64,000 nt of DNA from Nitrososphaeraceae archaeon (GCA_035250975.1 DATFEP010000025.1:20835-84834), one strand, 5' to 3'. Numbered from the stretch's first letter, positions 21,577 through 32,656 are shown. A program made the numbers and translations. Notes: generated from the letters alone by a model not told the origin.

Positions 21577-23304
21577 GTGACAGATTCGATTCATCATGAT
21601 GTTGTTATAATAGGTTCGGGGTTAGCAGGTCTTAGAGCTGCTATCGCTGCTGCATCTACAGGAAAAAACAAGACTAGCATCGGTGTCTTCTCCAAGGTAC
21701 AGGTGATGCGATCACACTCAGTTTCTGCGGAGGGAGGTACTGCAGCAGTAATCTTTGAAGATGAAGGAGATAACCAAGAGTCTCATATTTACGATACAAT
21801 CAAAGGAAGTGACTTTCTTGCAGATCAAGACGTTGCTGAAAGACTAGCAAGCAATATCCCTCATGAAATATACCAACTTGATCATTGGGGTATGCCTTGG
21901 TCTAGGCGAGAAGATGGTAGAATAGGACAAAGGAAATTTGGAGGATATTCTTTTCCGAGGGCAACATTTGCCCAAGACAAGGTTGGATTCTACCTGATGC
22001 AAACTCTATACGATACCTGTCTTAAGTTTGATAATATTCATTTTTACAATGAATGGTTCTGTACAAGTATTTTAAAAGACAACAGTAAATTCAGAGGTCT
22101 TACTGCAATAGAGCTGAAAAACGGTAACTTCATCACTGTGAAATCACCAGCAGGAATCATCTGTACTGGAGGAGCAGGTCGAATTTACAGTTTCTCGACT
22201 TATGCATATTCTTCTACTCCTGATGGTATTGATATGGCATTTCGAGCTGGACTTGCTTTGAAGGACATGGAATTTGTTCAGTTCCATCCTACCGGTATCC
22301 TTCCTTCAGGTATTTTAATAACAGAAGGAGCTAGAGGCGAGGGCGGTTATTTGATAAATAATACTGGAGAAAGATTCATGAAAAATTATGCTCCAGAAAA
22401 ATTGGAACTCGCGCCAAGAGATGTGGTCTCTAGATCGATGATAAAGGAGATAGAGGCTGGTCGTGGATTCAAACATGAATCTGGTTACGATTGTTTAAAA
22501 TTGGATCTAACGCATCTTGGAGATGAAAAGATAAAAGAACGATTAGCTGGAATAAGAGAAATTGGAATCAAATTTTCTGGTGTAGATGTAATAGATGAAC
22601 CTATAGAAATAAGACCTGTCTGTCACTACATGATGGGAGGAATTCATACTGATGTCGATGGTAGGACAGAATTGGCTGGTTTGTGGGCAGCTGGTGAAGC
22701 CGCATGTAACAGCACCCACGGTGCCAATCGTCTAGGGGCAAACTCTACCTCCGAATGTATCGTATGGGGACGAATAACTGGCGAACTTGCTGCCAGTTTT
22801 GCACTCTCGAGTAAAGAAAAAAATAGAACTGATGATTCTTCAACAGAACAGGTTCAGACAGAGGAAAAAAGGATCTATGATGGCATTTTCAGAGGAAAAG
22901 GAGAAGTAAATCCATACCAGGCCAGAAAAGAACTAACTGATACTATGGATGCTAAGTCCTTTGTTTTTAGAAATGAAGAATCTCTTGTTGAAGGACTGAA
23001 AAAAGTAAGAGAATTAAAGAGTCAAACATGGAAGCACGCAGATGATAAATCAAAAGAATATAATACTAATTTTGTAAACGTCATGGAGATTGATGCAATG
23101 ATGAGAACTGCAGAAGTAGTCTTATTAGGTGCAATAAATAGAAGAGAATCTAGAGGAGCTCATTCCAGATTAGATTTTCCTAATCGTGATGATGTTAACT
23201 TTTTAAAACATACTCTTGCCTATTACAGTACAGATGGGGAACCTAAAATGACTTGGCATCCTGTGATAATTACTAGATATGCCCCTGTGGAGAGGAAATA
23301 CTGA
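21577..23304 (+). CDS. sdhA: Succinate dehydrogenase/fumarate reductase flavoprotein
   Basis: GSGLAG, RSHSVSAEGG, QFHPT, HYMMGG, HGANRLG, ESRGAH. Confidence 0.97.
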   Translation: MTDSIHHDVVIIGSGLAGLRAAIAAASTGKNKTSIGVFSKVQVMRSHSVSAEGGTAAVIFEDEGDNQESHIYDTIKGSDFLADQDVAERLASNIPHEIYQLDHWGMPWSRREDGRIGQRKFGGYSFPRATFAQDKVGFYLMQTLYDTCLKFDNIHFYNEWFCTSILKDNSKFRGLTAIELKNGNFITVKSPAGIICTGGAGRIYSFSTYAYSSTPDGIDMAFRAGLALKDMEFVQFHPTGILPSGILITEGARGEGGYLINNTGERFMKNYAPEKLELAPRDVVSRSMIKEIEAGRGFKHESGYDCLKLDLTHLGDEKIKERLAGIREIGIKFSGVDVIDEPIEIRPVCHYMMGGIHTDVDGRTELAGLWAAGEAACNSTHGANRLGANSTSECIVWGRITGELAASFALSSKEKNRTDDSSTEQVQTEEKRIYDGIFRGKGEVNPYQARKELTDTMDAKSFVFRNEESLVEGLKKVRELKSQTWKHADDKSKEYNTNFVNVMEIDAMMRTAEVVLLGAINRRESRGAHSRLDFPNRDDVNFLKHTLAYYSTDGEPKMTWHPVIITRYAPVERKY

Positions 23305-23805
23305 ATGACTGTATCTGAGAATTTAGATTCATCATCGTCTGACTCTAATGTCAACAAAAATAGCATTGAAGCAAATCTTAGAACAAACAGGGAGGGGTTG
23401 AAAGGATGGCTAAACCCTTCACGATATGGGTGGGAAAGAGTATCTTATTGGTTGCAGCGTCTGACAGGCGTATTTCTTCTAGTGTACTTTGTGGGACATG
23501 TTTATGAGACTAGCTCTCTTGTTAGTGGTCCTGATGCATGGGCTACAATGCTCGAAATGACCCAGACAATATGGGGACATCTCTTCTTGATGACTGTCAT
23601 AGGTGCAAGTACCTTTCATACTATAAACGGTATACGACTGATCTTTACACACGTGGGAATGGGTTTAGGCAAACCCGGTAGACCAGATTATCCATACGAT
23701 CCTACTTCTATCAATACAAAAGAGCGGTCTGGAATATGGATAGCTCTTGTATTGGCAGCGGTAGCTATGCTGTACGGTGCAAGCGTCTTGTTTGGAGGCG
23801 AATAA
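23305..23805 (+). CDS. sdhC: Succinate dehydrogenase cytochrome b subunit
   Basis: LQRLTG, FHTINGIR, three TM segments, operon position. Confidence 0.9.
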   Translation: MTVSENLDSSSSDSNVNKNSIEANLRTNREGLKGWLNPSRYGWERVSYWLQRLTGVFLLVYFVGHVYETSSLVSGPDAWATMLEMTQTIWGHLFLMTVIGASTFHTINGIRLIFTHVGMGLGKPGRPDYPYDPTSINTKERSGIWIALVLAAVAMLYGASVLFGGE

Positions 23806-23808
23806 AAA

Positions 23809-24198
23809 TTGAAGAACGATTCATCAAGTAGCGGAATTAGCACATCTCTTTTAAAAGAAAGCCAAATCATGAAGATCCATTATATCACTGGAGTTTGTGC
23901 ACTAGTTGTTGTAGCAATACATATCATGATGCGTTTAATAATGCCATACAATATGTCTTTGGAATTTGAAAATGTTATTTTAAACTACAAGAACATATTT
24001 TATGCTATTTTGCTAGAAACAATTTTAGTACTTATTGCTATACATGGGTTTAACGGCCTCAGGATTATATTATTGGAGTTTAGGCAGAATGAACTATGGG
24101 AGAAGAGTGTAAACATTTTTGTAATAATTGCGATGATAGGAATAATTGCCTTTGGAACTAGAACGATAATAGTTGCAAATGGCTTATCTTTAGGTTAA
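23809..24198 (+). CDS. sdhD: Succinate dehydrogenase membrane anchor
   Basis: HYITG, HGFNGLR, three TM segments. Confidence 0.88.
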   Translation: MKNDSSSSGISTSLLKESQIMKIHYITGVCALVVVAIHIMMRLIMPYNMSLEFENVILNYKNIFYAILLETILVLIAIHGFNGLRIILLEFRQNELWEKSVNIFVIIAMIGIIAFGTRTIIVANGLSLG

Positions 24199-24226
24199 AA
24201 GAATGGGAAAGATGAAGTGAAATAGA

Positions 24227-25138
24227 ATGGAAAATAATAAAAACAAAAAAAGTGTTAATAATGAGAACAAAAGTAATATTGAAAAGGAAATCAGTTTCAA
24301 GAATAAAAAAGAAAATATGAAAAATGAAGGGAATGGCAATGAACATTTTAAAGAAAGCATCAAGCTTAAAGTATTCAGGATAAATGCTGTCAGAGACACA
24401 AAGAAGGATTCACCACATTACGATGAATTCCAAGTACCTGTTAAAAGATGGACAACTGTACTTGATGCTTTATTGCATGCAAAAAGCTATCAAGATAGTA
24501 GTATTGGTATAAGATATTCATGTAGGATGGCTACATGTGGATCCTGTGGAATGAAAATAAATGGAAAACCAAGACTGGCATGTTATACTAAAATATCTGA
24601 ATTAGAAGGAGATACTATTACTTGTGAACCCTTGGCAAACTTTCCCTATATCAGAGACCTTGTTACTGATTTTTCACAGTTCTTTCAACACCATAAAAAT
24701 ATCATGCCATACATACAGAATGAAAATGCAGACATGAAAGATAATAGTGAACTATCTGAATATTTGCAGACTCCTGAAGATGTAGACAAATTCTTACAAT
24801 TCTCATATTGTATTAAATGTGGATTGTGTTATTCGGCATGTCCAACAGTTGCAACAGACACAAAATTTCCTGGTCCGCAAGCACTATCACAGGCATATAG
24901 GTATTTTTCCGATTCGAGGGATTCAGATAAAAAGAATCGACTGAATGTCATTGATGATAGACATGGTATATGGAGGTGTCATTTTGCAGGTTCCTGCAGT
25001 CATGTATGTCCAAAAGGAGTTGATCCAGCTTTAGGAATACAACTACTAAGAAACCACTTGCTAGGATTTTCAAAAAATGACAAAAAGATATCTTCCTTGC
25101 AAGATAGATCCTCTAAAGACAAAACAAAAAACGATTAA
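24227..25138 (+). CDS. sdhB: Succinate dehydrogenase Fe-S subunit
   Basis: SCRMATCGSC, CIKCGLCYSACP, CHFAGSCSHVCP. Confidence 0.96.
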   Translation: MENNKNKKSVNNENKSNIEKEISFKNKKENMKNEGNGNEHFKESIKLKVFRINAVRDTKKDSPHYDEFQVPVKRWTTVLDALLHAKSYQDSSIGIRYSCRMATCGSCGMKINGKPRLACYTKISELEGDTITCEPLANFPYIRDLVTDFSQFFQHHKNIMPYIQNENADMKDNSELSEYLQTPEDVDKFLQFSYCIKCGLCYSACPTVATDTKFPGPQALSQAYRYFSDSRDSDKKNRLNVIDDRHGIWRCHFAGSCSHVCPKGVDPALGIQLLRNHLLGFSKNDKKISSLQDRSSKDKTKND

Positions 25139-25601
25139 TAAAATACGATTAATAATATTTTATTTTTTCAAACTTTTGTTATCAAATTTTTAATCTATCT
25201 CCTTGTTTAAACCAAATGATTTTAGGTTTCGGATTTATTTCAATATAGTATATTTAATACTACGCATTTTCTGTACACGGCGCTTGATTTTAGATTGTCT
25301 TCGGTATATATCTCAAATCTATGGGATTGGTATTAGAATGAGAGTCCACCATCTCCTTCTTCCATCCTGTTAACGATATAAAATAAAAAAATAAAAAAAT
25401 TTTTAGATTGACTTTACCATCTATATCTTTGAAATAAAAAATATTAATGAAGTGAATATCTCTATTTTTTCATTTTTCTAAATTTTAAATCCACATGTTT
25501 CGATAAATAATAAAATAAGTCTTATAAAGAAATTCTATTTAGAACGTCCTTTCCTTTCAACAACTTGATTTATATCACGAATAAGACTTGAATTTAATAT
25601 C

Positions 25602-25940
25602 TTACTTTTCATCTGCTTTGTCCTTTTCAGGCAATTTACTTTCGTTTACCTGCTTGTTTATTGCCTCTGCCATAAAGTGATTACTCACATTTACCTTTAC
25701 TTGTTCGATGCTTCCTATTTTGTAAATGTTATCTCTGACATCCTGAGCAATTTTAAAACCAAATACTGCTGGACAAAAGGGACTTGTTAAATGTAAATCG
25801 ACATTTACTTGATTATCATTAATATCTACCTTATCTACCAATTCCAATTCCATTATCGAGACTCCGATTTCAGGATCTACTATTTTCGACAATTCATCAA
25901 AGATTAATCTACGGGTCTGTTGAATATCTTGAGACATCAT
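25602..25940 (-). CDS. DUF59/MIP18/SufT Fe-S assembly protein
   Basis: VDPEIGVSIMELELV, LTSPFCP; start trimmed to ATG 25940. Confidence 0.9.
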   Translation of the reverse strand: MMSQDIQQTRRLIFDELSKIVDPEIGVSIMELELVDKVDINDNQVNVDLHLTSPFCPAVFGFKIAQDVRDNIYKIGSIEQVKVNVSNHFMAEAINKQVNESKLPEKDKADEK

Positions 25941-26107
25941 ACATATTTTATCAAAAACCATATTTAATGATTGATATAGATTAAAGACAATCCAATACAA
26001 TAACGGATTATTTATGAATTTAGTTTAGATTACTAACGGAATATACCATCTTGTGAGAATAGATAAATATATTATATTGAAATCCTGTTTAATATTGATA
26101 AATATTC

Positions 26108-27616
26108 TTGTATAGATCTAGACAGACCGAAAATCTAGATAAAAATGTTCTTGATTATCTTTCTTCCCTAGATGATGATATTAACTTATTTTATTATGAT
26201 ATTGTTGGAACTCAAGCACATTGTATCATGTTAAACAAAATTGGAATTTTAGACCATCAAGAATTATCAAGACTTCTCTCTTCATTAAGTGAACTAAAGG
26301 ATAATCACATGGATCAGGCGAAGGTTACAAAGATACTATCATCAGATTCCTCTGAAGATATTCATGAACAGATTGAAGCCCTAGTAACCCAAAGTATAGG
26401 TATAGAAGTGGGTGGTAAGATGCATACAGGACGTTCCAGAAATGATCAGGTAGCATTAGATATTATAATGAAAACAAGGGACGATCTCCTATTTATATCC
26501 AACCTCATAACTAACCTACTAAGATCCTTAATAGCAAGATCAAAAGAATATCAAACAACGATTGTCTTTCTATATACTCATTTACAGCAGGCACAAATAG
26601 GCACGTTTTCTCACTATCTACTATCATATTCTTACAGTCTGTTAAGAGATCTCGAACGCTTTAATATGATCTTTGATAGGATAAATAAATCTCCTTTGGG
26701 TGCATGTGCAATCGGTGGTACTAATATACCCATAGACAGAAAATACACCGCTTCTCTGCTAGGATTTGATGGACTGGTAGAAAATTCCATTGATGCTACT
26801 AGTTCTAGAGATGTAATTATCGAATTTTTATCTTCCCAGACAATCTTAATGAACTCCTTAAGTCGAATTGCCGAAGATTTTATTCTCTGGTCTACTTCAG
26901 AATTTAATTATATCGAACTTGCAGACAAATATAGTTCGACATCGAGTGTAATGCCACAAAAGAAAAATCCAGATCCCTTGGAAATTTTACGTTCACATTC
27001 ATCTATTGTTACTGGAAATCTTCTTTCAGCATTGACAATAATAAGGAGCCTTCCAACTGGTTATAGTAGAGACCTGCAGGATCTCAAACCCTTATTGTGG
27101 AAATCTACTGCTATAGTAACAAATTCTCTGATAATAATGGTAGGGATAATAGATACATTTAAAGTGAATAAAAACATCGCATTAGAGCAAGCTAATAAGA
27201 GCTATGCTGTCTCTTTGGATATTGCTGAACAGTTGGTGATCAAATACAATATCCCATTTCGTCAAGCTCACAAATTGGTAGGACGTCTTGTACAATATGC
27301 GATAAAAAATAACCATAGTATTAGTTTAAAGGACATTACAAAGGAAGAACTTTCAAGGATTCTTGATTCTATTAATATGCATATAGATACATATGATTTA
27401 CATAGGATCATTAGAGACACAACTTCAGAAAATTCTATATACTTAAGAAAATCAGCAGGATCTCCGAATCCGAATGAACAGAAAAAAATGCTGGAATCAA
27501 TAGAAAATTTACTTATAGATACAGAAAATATCTTATCTAAAAGAATTACTATGGTAGATCAGGCTTTTAAAAATCTCCAACAACTTGTAATTGAAAAATG
27601 TAAATTCGATAAATAA
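26108..27616 (+). CDS. argH: Argininosuccinate lyase
   Basis: HTGRSRNDQV, YTHLQQAQ, SSVMPQKKNPD. Confidence 0.96.
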   Translation: MYRSRQTENLDKNVLDYLSSLDDDINLFYYDIVGTQAHCIMLNKIGILDHQELSRLLSSLSELKDNHMDQAKVTKILSSDSSEDIHEQIEALVTQSIGIEVGGKMHTGRSRNDQVALDIIMKTRDDLLFISNLITNLLRSLIARSKEYQTTIVFLYTHLQQAQIGTFSHYLLSYSYSLLRDLERFNMIFDRINKSPLGACAIGGTNIPIDRKYTASLLGFDGLVENSIDATSSRDVIIEFLSSQTILMNSLSRIAEDFILWSTSEFNYIELADKYSSTSSVMPQKKNPDPLEILRSHSSIVTGNLLSALTIIRSLPTGYSRDLQDLKPLLWKSTAIVTNSLIIMVGIIDTFKVNKNIALEQANKSYAVSLDIAEQLVIKYNIPFRQAHKLVGRLVQYAIKNNHSISLKDITKEELSRILDSINMHIDTYDLHRIIRDTTSENSIYLRKSAGSPNPNEQKKMLESIENLLIDTENILSKRITMVDQAFKNLQQLVIEKCKFDK

Positions 27617-27739
27617 TATTTTTTATTAATAGTGTCTTTGAAATGAGAAAGAAATATATTTTTTTTGGGTTTTATTAATAATAGGTCATTCATATATTAG
27701 TTCTAAAAAAACGGAAACGTTGTTTGCAATACATAAAAG

Positions 27740-27840
27740 TAGCCCGGCCCAGATTCGAACTGGGGTCAAAGGCTCCAAAGGCCTTTATGCTTGGCCGCTA
27801 CACTCAGCGGGAAAATATATTTTTTTCCCTCCACCGGGCT
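27740..27840 (-). tRNA. tRNA-Gln(TTG) with a 28-nt intron at position 10/11 (27803-27830)
   Basis: Reverse complement AGCCCGGTGG|intron|TGTAGCGGCCAAGCAT-AAAGGC-CTTTGGA-GCCTTT...GTTCGAATC...CCGGGCT-A; BHB-like geometry at the junctions. Confidence 0.9.
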
Positions 27841-27888
27841 TCCGGGCATTATTTCGTATTAATAACTTGAATTATAATGTTATGAATT

Positions 27889-29043
27889 TCAAATAAATTT
27901 CTTAAATTGTACTATTGGATCTTCCATGCTATCTATAAATTTCAAAGATTTTTCAAACAATCTTTTTTGAAATTCTGATACTTTGTATTTTTTTAGTATA
28001 TCATTATTTTTAAAATCTTTTTTCTCGTTTTTAATTTTAGAGAAAATGTTTTGCGTATATCTGGTTAACTCTTTTTCATTTCTTATTTTCTTTACAAATC
28101 CACATCTTATAAGAAAGTTTTCCACGTAAAAGCTAATAGGTGCAATAGAAATGACTGGTTTACCAAGTAATGCTGCCTCCGCGCTCATAGTACCTCCAGC
28201 ACCAATAAACAGATCTATCTTTCTTAATAAAGAGATTCCATCCACTACATTTTCGAGGATTTGAACCTTATTTTCATATCTCTGTTTGAAAAAATCTATT
28301 TGATCTTGGTATCTTCCCAGAATCAATACATGAGAGTACAAAGAAAAATTTTTAACAATACTGTCAATCAATGCTAAGGAATTTTTCAGATTCTTGTTAT
28401 CTGTTATATATGATGCCTTTGCCTCTTCCGGCCTAATTAAGATAGTAAATTGGTTTTTTTTATTTTTTTTCGATCTTGTAGTTGACCATCCTCTACATTC
28501 TTTAATTTTTTCCATCTCTCTTTTTACCCAGACAACAGGGTCAATTGCTCTATATCTAGTAATTTTTTCTCTATTAATTCCTAGATATAACCATGCCTTA
28601 TATGGTATAATCCATGGACAAAAAAGCCGGTCACAAATTGGGACACTTAGTTTCGCCACAGCCAATGCATGTGGAGAATCATTGAAGATGTAATGTTTTA
28701 CACCTAATCCAAATGACACTCTTGAAGCTTCTGGCGAGGAAAAGGAGACAGTTAGATCAGGTTCAAAGGAATTAACAATATCTGCAAGTTTTCGAATTCT
28801 TTCACTGCTAGCTATTAATTTTTCATATCTGTCATTTCCTCCATGTTTACCAACTATTTTTATTCTTACTTTTTTTATTTTTGCTAACTCTATTGCCTCT
28901 CGGTAGTCTCGCCCAGTACAGAATATTTCATGTCCAGATTCTTCCAGATCTTCGACAAAATATTTGAAGAACATTACTTGTTTGGGAGTAAGAATATCGA
29001 ACCAGATTCTCAAGTTATTGTGATAGTTACCATTACTTATCAA
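27889..29043 (-). CDS. DUF354 family GT-B/epimerase-like protein
   Basis: IWFDILTPKQ, GKHGG, GAGGTMSAEAALLGKP. Confidence 0.85.
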   Translation of the reverse strand: MISNGNYHNNLRIWFDILTPKQVMFFKYFVEDLEESGHEIFCTGRDYREAIELAKIKKVRIKIVGKHGGNDRYEKLIASSERIRKLADIVNSFEPDLTVSFSSPEASRVSFGLGVKHYIFNDSPHALAVAKLSVPICDRLFCPWIIPYKAWLYLGINREKITRYRAIDPVVWVKREMEKIKECRGWSTTRSKKNKKNQFTILIRPEEAKASYITDNKNLKNSLALIDSIVKNFSLYSHVLILGRYQDQIDFFKQRYENKVQILENVVDGISLLRKIDLFIGAGGTMSAEAALLGKPVISIAPISFYVENFLIRCGFVKKIRNEKELTRYTQNIFSKIKNEKKDFKNNDILKKYKVSEFQKRLFEKSLKFIDSMEDPIVQFKKFI

Positions 29044-29178
29044 TGAATACTTTTCTCTTGATCTTGAGAATAAGAAGATGAATCTGAACGAAAATTATTT
29101 TATGCATTCATCGTCTACTATAAAAAAATTAGGTAAACAAAATGAATAGCTTTAGTAAGGAGGAAATTTCATAGTTTA

Positions 29179-30360
29179 TTGTCAAAATTGCCCTCGTCCC
29201 CAGAATTAGCTATATTTGGATTAAGTACTGAGGGCTATAATTTTGCTACATCACTTGTCAGTGTTGGCTATAAAGTTTCTATTATAGATGAAGCATCAAA
29301 GATGGGAATAACTTTAAACAATGATATTGCAAGAACATATGCTACCGTATGTGATCTTATAGAAGACGAGCCGTTACTCCCAATTCAACCTTCAAACGAT
29401 ATCATTGGTAATGCTTCTTACCTTTTCTTTTCTCCAAAAATAAGAAAAATAGGTCAAGATGTAAAAATCGATATTTCTTCTAAATTTATAGATGCCATTA
29501 GATCGATCGATAGGGATACCTCAGTTATATATACACTTCCAACTGGGATTAGTGGTAATGATGAAAATATCAATATATTGGAACATACTACCGGAATGAT
29601 GGTTGGAGAGAATATATCTTATTATTACATGCCAATTAACTCTGGACCGATTCTCTCATCTAATACAGTAGTAGGAAGTTTTAATACAAGAAAAGATTCA
29701 TTCCTTGAAAAGATACTCCAGATTATTAACAATCAACCGATACATCTGACAAATATTGTATCTGCCGAATTGACTTATGTTTCCAGGATACTAAGACATT
29801 ATTCTGGTATTGCCAGTGTATTGGAAGTTTGTAAATATGCAAATGGCTACCAAGATGATAACCAAATAATCGATAATTTTTACAAGGATCTATATCTAGA
29901 TGATATTACAAATGGATTACATGATCTAAGAATAATTCAACATTCCTTGCAAGGTAATAATCCATTGATATATCTGGTTAACGGCACTATCAAGAGCATA
30001 GAAAGCTACCTTAAAAATTTGATAGACAAAATCCGTTACCTGCTAAAAAAGAAGGAATTGAAAGCAAGCAAAACCAGAATTTCAATTTTTTGGGCATTAG
30101 ATCTTTTTGAAATGCGAGGTGATAAAATCGATATATCCTTATTATTAGAATCTCGACTAAGAGATTATATAGGTGAGGTTGAGCATGGCGGAGGGAATAG
30201 TCTTGACAATTATCCTAGTGATAAGACTACAATCTTTGTTGCCTGCTCTAAATCGGATTATCATCTCATAACTAAAGCCAATAATGCCGATTCAATAATC
30301 ATAAAGGCAAATCCTATTTGTGAGGTTAAATCTGATCTAATAAATGTGGAGAGGTATTGA
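29179..30360 (+). CDS. Degenerate NDP-sugar dehydrogenase-like protein
   Basis: Rossmann-like start (AIFGLSTEG), SAEL helix and overall layout of the UDP-Glc/ManNAc dehydrogenase family, but no GGxC motif. Confidence 0.55.
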   Translation: MSKLPSSPELAIFGLSTEGYNFATSLVSVGYKVSIIDEASKMGITLNNDIARTYATVCDLIEDEPLLPIQPSNDIIGNASYLFFSPKIRKIGQDVKIDISSKFIDAIRSIDRDTSVIYTLPTGISGNDENINILEHTTGMMVGENISYYYMPINSGPILSSNTVVGSFNTRKDSFLEKILQIINNQPIHLTNIVSAELTYVSRILRHYSGIASVLEVCKYANGYQDDNQIIDNFYKDLYLDDITNGLHDLRIIQHSLQGNNPLIYLVNGTIKSIESYLKNLIDKIRYLLKKKELKASKTRISIFWALDLFEMRGDKIDISLLLESRLRDYIGEVEHGGGNSLDNYPSDKTTIFVACSKSDYHLITKANNADSIIIKANPICEVKSDLINVERY

Positions 30361-30494
30361 TATCATCTTAACAACTCAAGTGTGCTAAAAAATTAACAAT
30401 AACAGATGCTGTAATTTTTCAATAAAGAATATATAAATACCTGATAAAATCCAATGTGATGTTTTTGTTTTATACTTTTTAGTTTTCTTTTTAT

Positions 30495-31097
30495 TTACTT
30501 CTTTGATTCCCATTCTGATTTTTTCTTATCATATTCTTTTCTAGAATAAACAACTTTAGCGGGATGTCCTATCACCACAGTATCTTCAGGTACGTCCTTG
30601 GTAACAATAGAACCCATTCCTACAACAGAATTTTTTCCTATTATGATTCCCGGTTTTATTACTGCTCTGGCAGCAATTATTGCCCCATCATTCACTAAGG
30701 TTCCAATCATCTTAGGACTCATTGGATAAGGATCATTAGTAAATGTAGCTCCAGGACCTATGAATACATTCTTTCCTATAACAGTCAGTGGAGGAATATA
30801 TACAGAACCTTCAATCCTAGTATTATCACCTATTTTCACGTTGTAATCTATATGTACAAGAGAACCAATCATAACATTTTTTCCAATTTCTGTATTATCT
30901 CCAACATATGTATAATGCCAAATCTTTACATTCTTTCCTATTTTTGCTGTATCGGAAATGTAATGAGTAACAAATCTTTTTTCTTCTTGAAATACTTCAT
31001 GCTTCTTTTTAGTATTTTTTTCGGTTATATTTTCTGAGATACTATCCCTCTTCTTTGATTTTATTTTATTTTTCTTTTCTTTATTATTCTTACTCAT
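30495..31097 (-). CDS. Hexapeptide-repeat N-acetyltransferase (WbpD/WlbB-like)
   Basis: IGxNVxI repeats, FTND, VTKDVP..G.PAK. Confidence 0.88.
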   Translation of the reverse strand: MSKNNKEKKNKIKSKKRDSISENITEKNTKKKHEVFQEEKRFVTHYISDTAKIGKNVKIWHYTYVGDNTEIGKNVMIGSLVHIDYNVKIGDNTRIEGSVYIPPLTVIGKNVFIGPGATFTNDPYPMSPKMIGTLVNDGAIIAARAVIKPGIIIGKNSVVGMGSIVTKDVPEDTVVIGHPAKVVYSRKEYDKKKSEWESKK

Positions 31098-31169
31098 TTT
31101 TAATATTTCATCTCTATACTTCTCTTTTCCTACCTTTTAAGTAACTCTTTTATTATTTTTATATCTTTA

Positions 31170-31577
31170 TTATAGGTGCCAAGGATTTGCATGTTTTAGA
31201 ATCTTTTCAGGTATATTGTCTTTCCATTTTGCCAGAAACTCCAAATCTTTTTCTTTTTCTCTTAACTCATCGGGTAACATAATAGGTATCTCGTCTATTA
31301 TAGGATAGAAACGGACACATTTATCACAGTATAAAATACCATCAACAATTACAATAACCTTGTCTTGACGGGTGTACTCCTCAGATAATAGACCATCTTT
31401 AAAAGCAATATCATTCTTATTATTGTTTTTTTGAATATCGTTTTCATCGTTTTCGATTCCTTTTTTCTTATTTTCTCTAATTTCGTAAATTTCTACTTTA
31501 GTATCCAACTCTATCAATTCAAGAGGATAATGTTTGTCGATTGGACATGCCAAGATATCTAAGATTTTTCTTTTCAT
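31170..31577 (-). CDS. Trm112-like methyltransferase activator
   Basis: LDILACPIDK...G.LYC..C.RFYPIIDEIPIML. Confidence 0.9.
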   Translation of the reverse strand: MKRKILDILACPIDKHYPLELIELDTKVEIYEIRENKKKGIENDENDIQKNNNKNDIAFKDGLLSEEYTRQDKVIVIVDGILYCDKCVRFYPIIDEIPIMLPDELREKEKDLEFLAKWKDNIPEKILKHANPWHL

Positions 31578-32587
31578 ACGTTTCTACCATCCTTCAAATT
31601 CAAATATATTGGTGATCCAGTTTTACTGGATAAAATTGCGGCTTCAGCTATTTTTGTTACGTTTGCTGCTTCCATTGGAGAAACCTCAGGCTCATTTTTC
31701 CTTCCCTCTATTACATTAACAAAACTTTTTAATTCCAGTGAAAGAGGTTCAACAAGATTTAATCTTCTTGGGGTAATGGAGGATCTTTCATCTTCTATTG
31801 TTATCTCCTGTTTTATGAAATCGCCATTAATTATTCCATCAGTACAAACAGCACTAAATTTTCTCACTTTTTTGGGTGTAATCCAGTTAGATGATATTAC
31901 TGCAACTTTATCAATCCCAAAGCCAAGAATTATTGTTGAAAAGTCCTCAAATGAATGAAATATTTTTCCAGAACGAGCAAAGACAACATGTGGTTTCATT
32001 CCAAAAAGGTATATTGCAGTATCGATGTCATGTACTGCTGTGTCGTAGATTATGCCTACATCCTTGATATGTAATGGCATTCTGTTTTCCCTATGAAATT
32101 CCATCATTAATAAATCTCCATAAGTTTTTTCTATGAGTATTTTTTTCACGTCTTGTACTGCGGGATTGAATCTTTCAATATATCCACAGGTCAGAACGAC
32201 TTGATTTTTTTTTGCGATTTTTATCATCTCTTCACATTCTTTAAACGAGTAGGAAAGGGGTTTTTCAACGAATACATTTATCTTATTCTCCATTAATTTT
32301 TTTGAAACGATATGATGTGTTTTTGTTGGTGTGCAAACAAGGCATCCATCCAATTGTTCAGAATTTATCATATCTTCTACTGAGTCAAAGTAATTCACAT
32401 CATATTTTTCAGCAAGAAGCTTTGCTCTATTAATATCGGTATCGCAAATGCTTCTTAATACTCCAATATCATGAAGGACTCTAACATGGTTTTTCCCCCA
32501 TCCTCCAACTCCTATAATTGCTATCTTTGCTTTCTCTTCTATCTTTTTCTTTGGTAAACTTATTACTTTTTCCTCTGTGAGTGTCAT
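31574..32587 (-). CDS. Gfo/Idh/MocA oxidoreductase (WbpB-like)
   Basis: GVGGWG, VEKP, ERFNPA, DTAVHDID. Confidence 0.9.
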   Translation of the reverse strand: MTLTEEKVISLPKKKIEEKAKIAIIGVGGWGKNHVRVLHDIGVLRSICDTDINRAKLLAEKYDVNYFDSVEDMINSEQLDGCLVCTPTKTHHIVSKKLMENKINVFVEKPLSYSFKECEEMIKIAKKNQVVLTCGYIERFNPAVQDVKKILIEKTYGDLLMMEFHRENRMPLHIKDVGIIYDTAVHDIDTAIYLFGMKPHVVFARSGKIFHSFEDFSTIILGFGIDKVAVISSNWITPKKVRKFSAVCTDGIINGDFIKQEITIEDERSSITPRRLNLVEPLSLELKSFVNVIEGRKNEPEVSPMEAANVTKIAEAAILSSKTGSPIYLNLKDGRNV

Positions 32588-32656
32588 TACGGTATCTTTT
32601 TTTTTATTTTTCTGAAATATGTTTTCTTGCTTTTATGTTATCATTTGTTAATCTTA

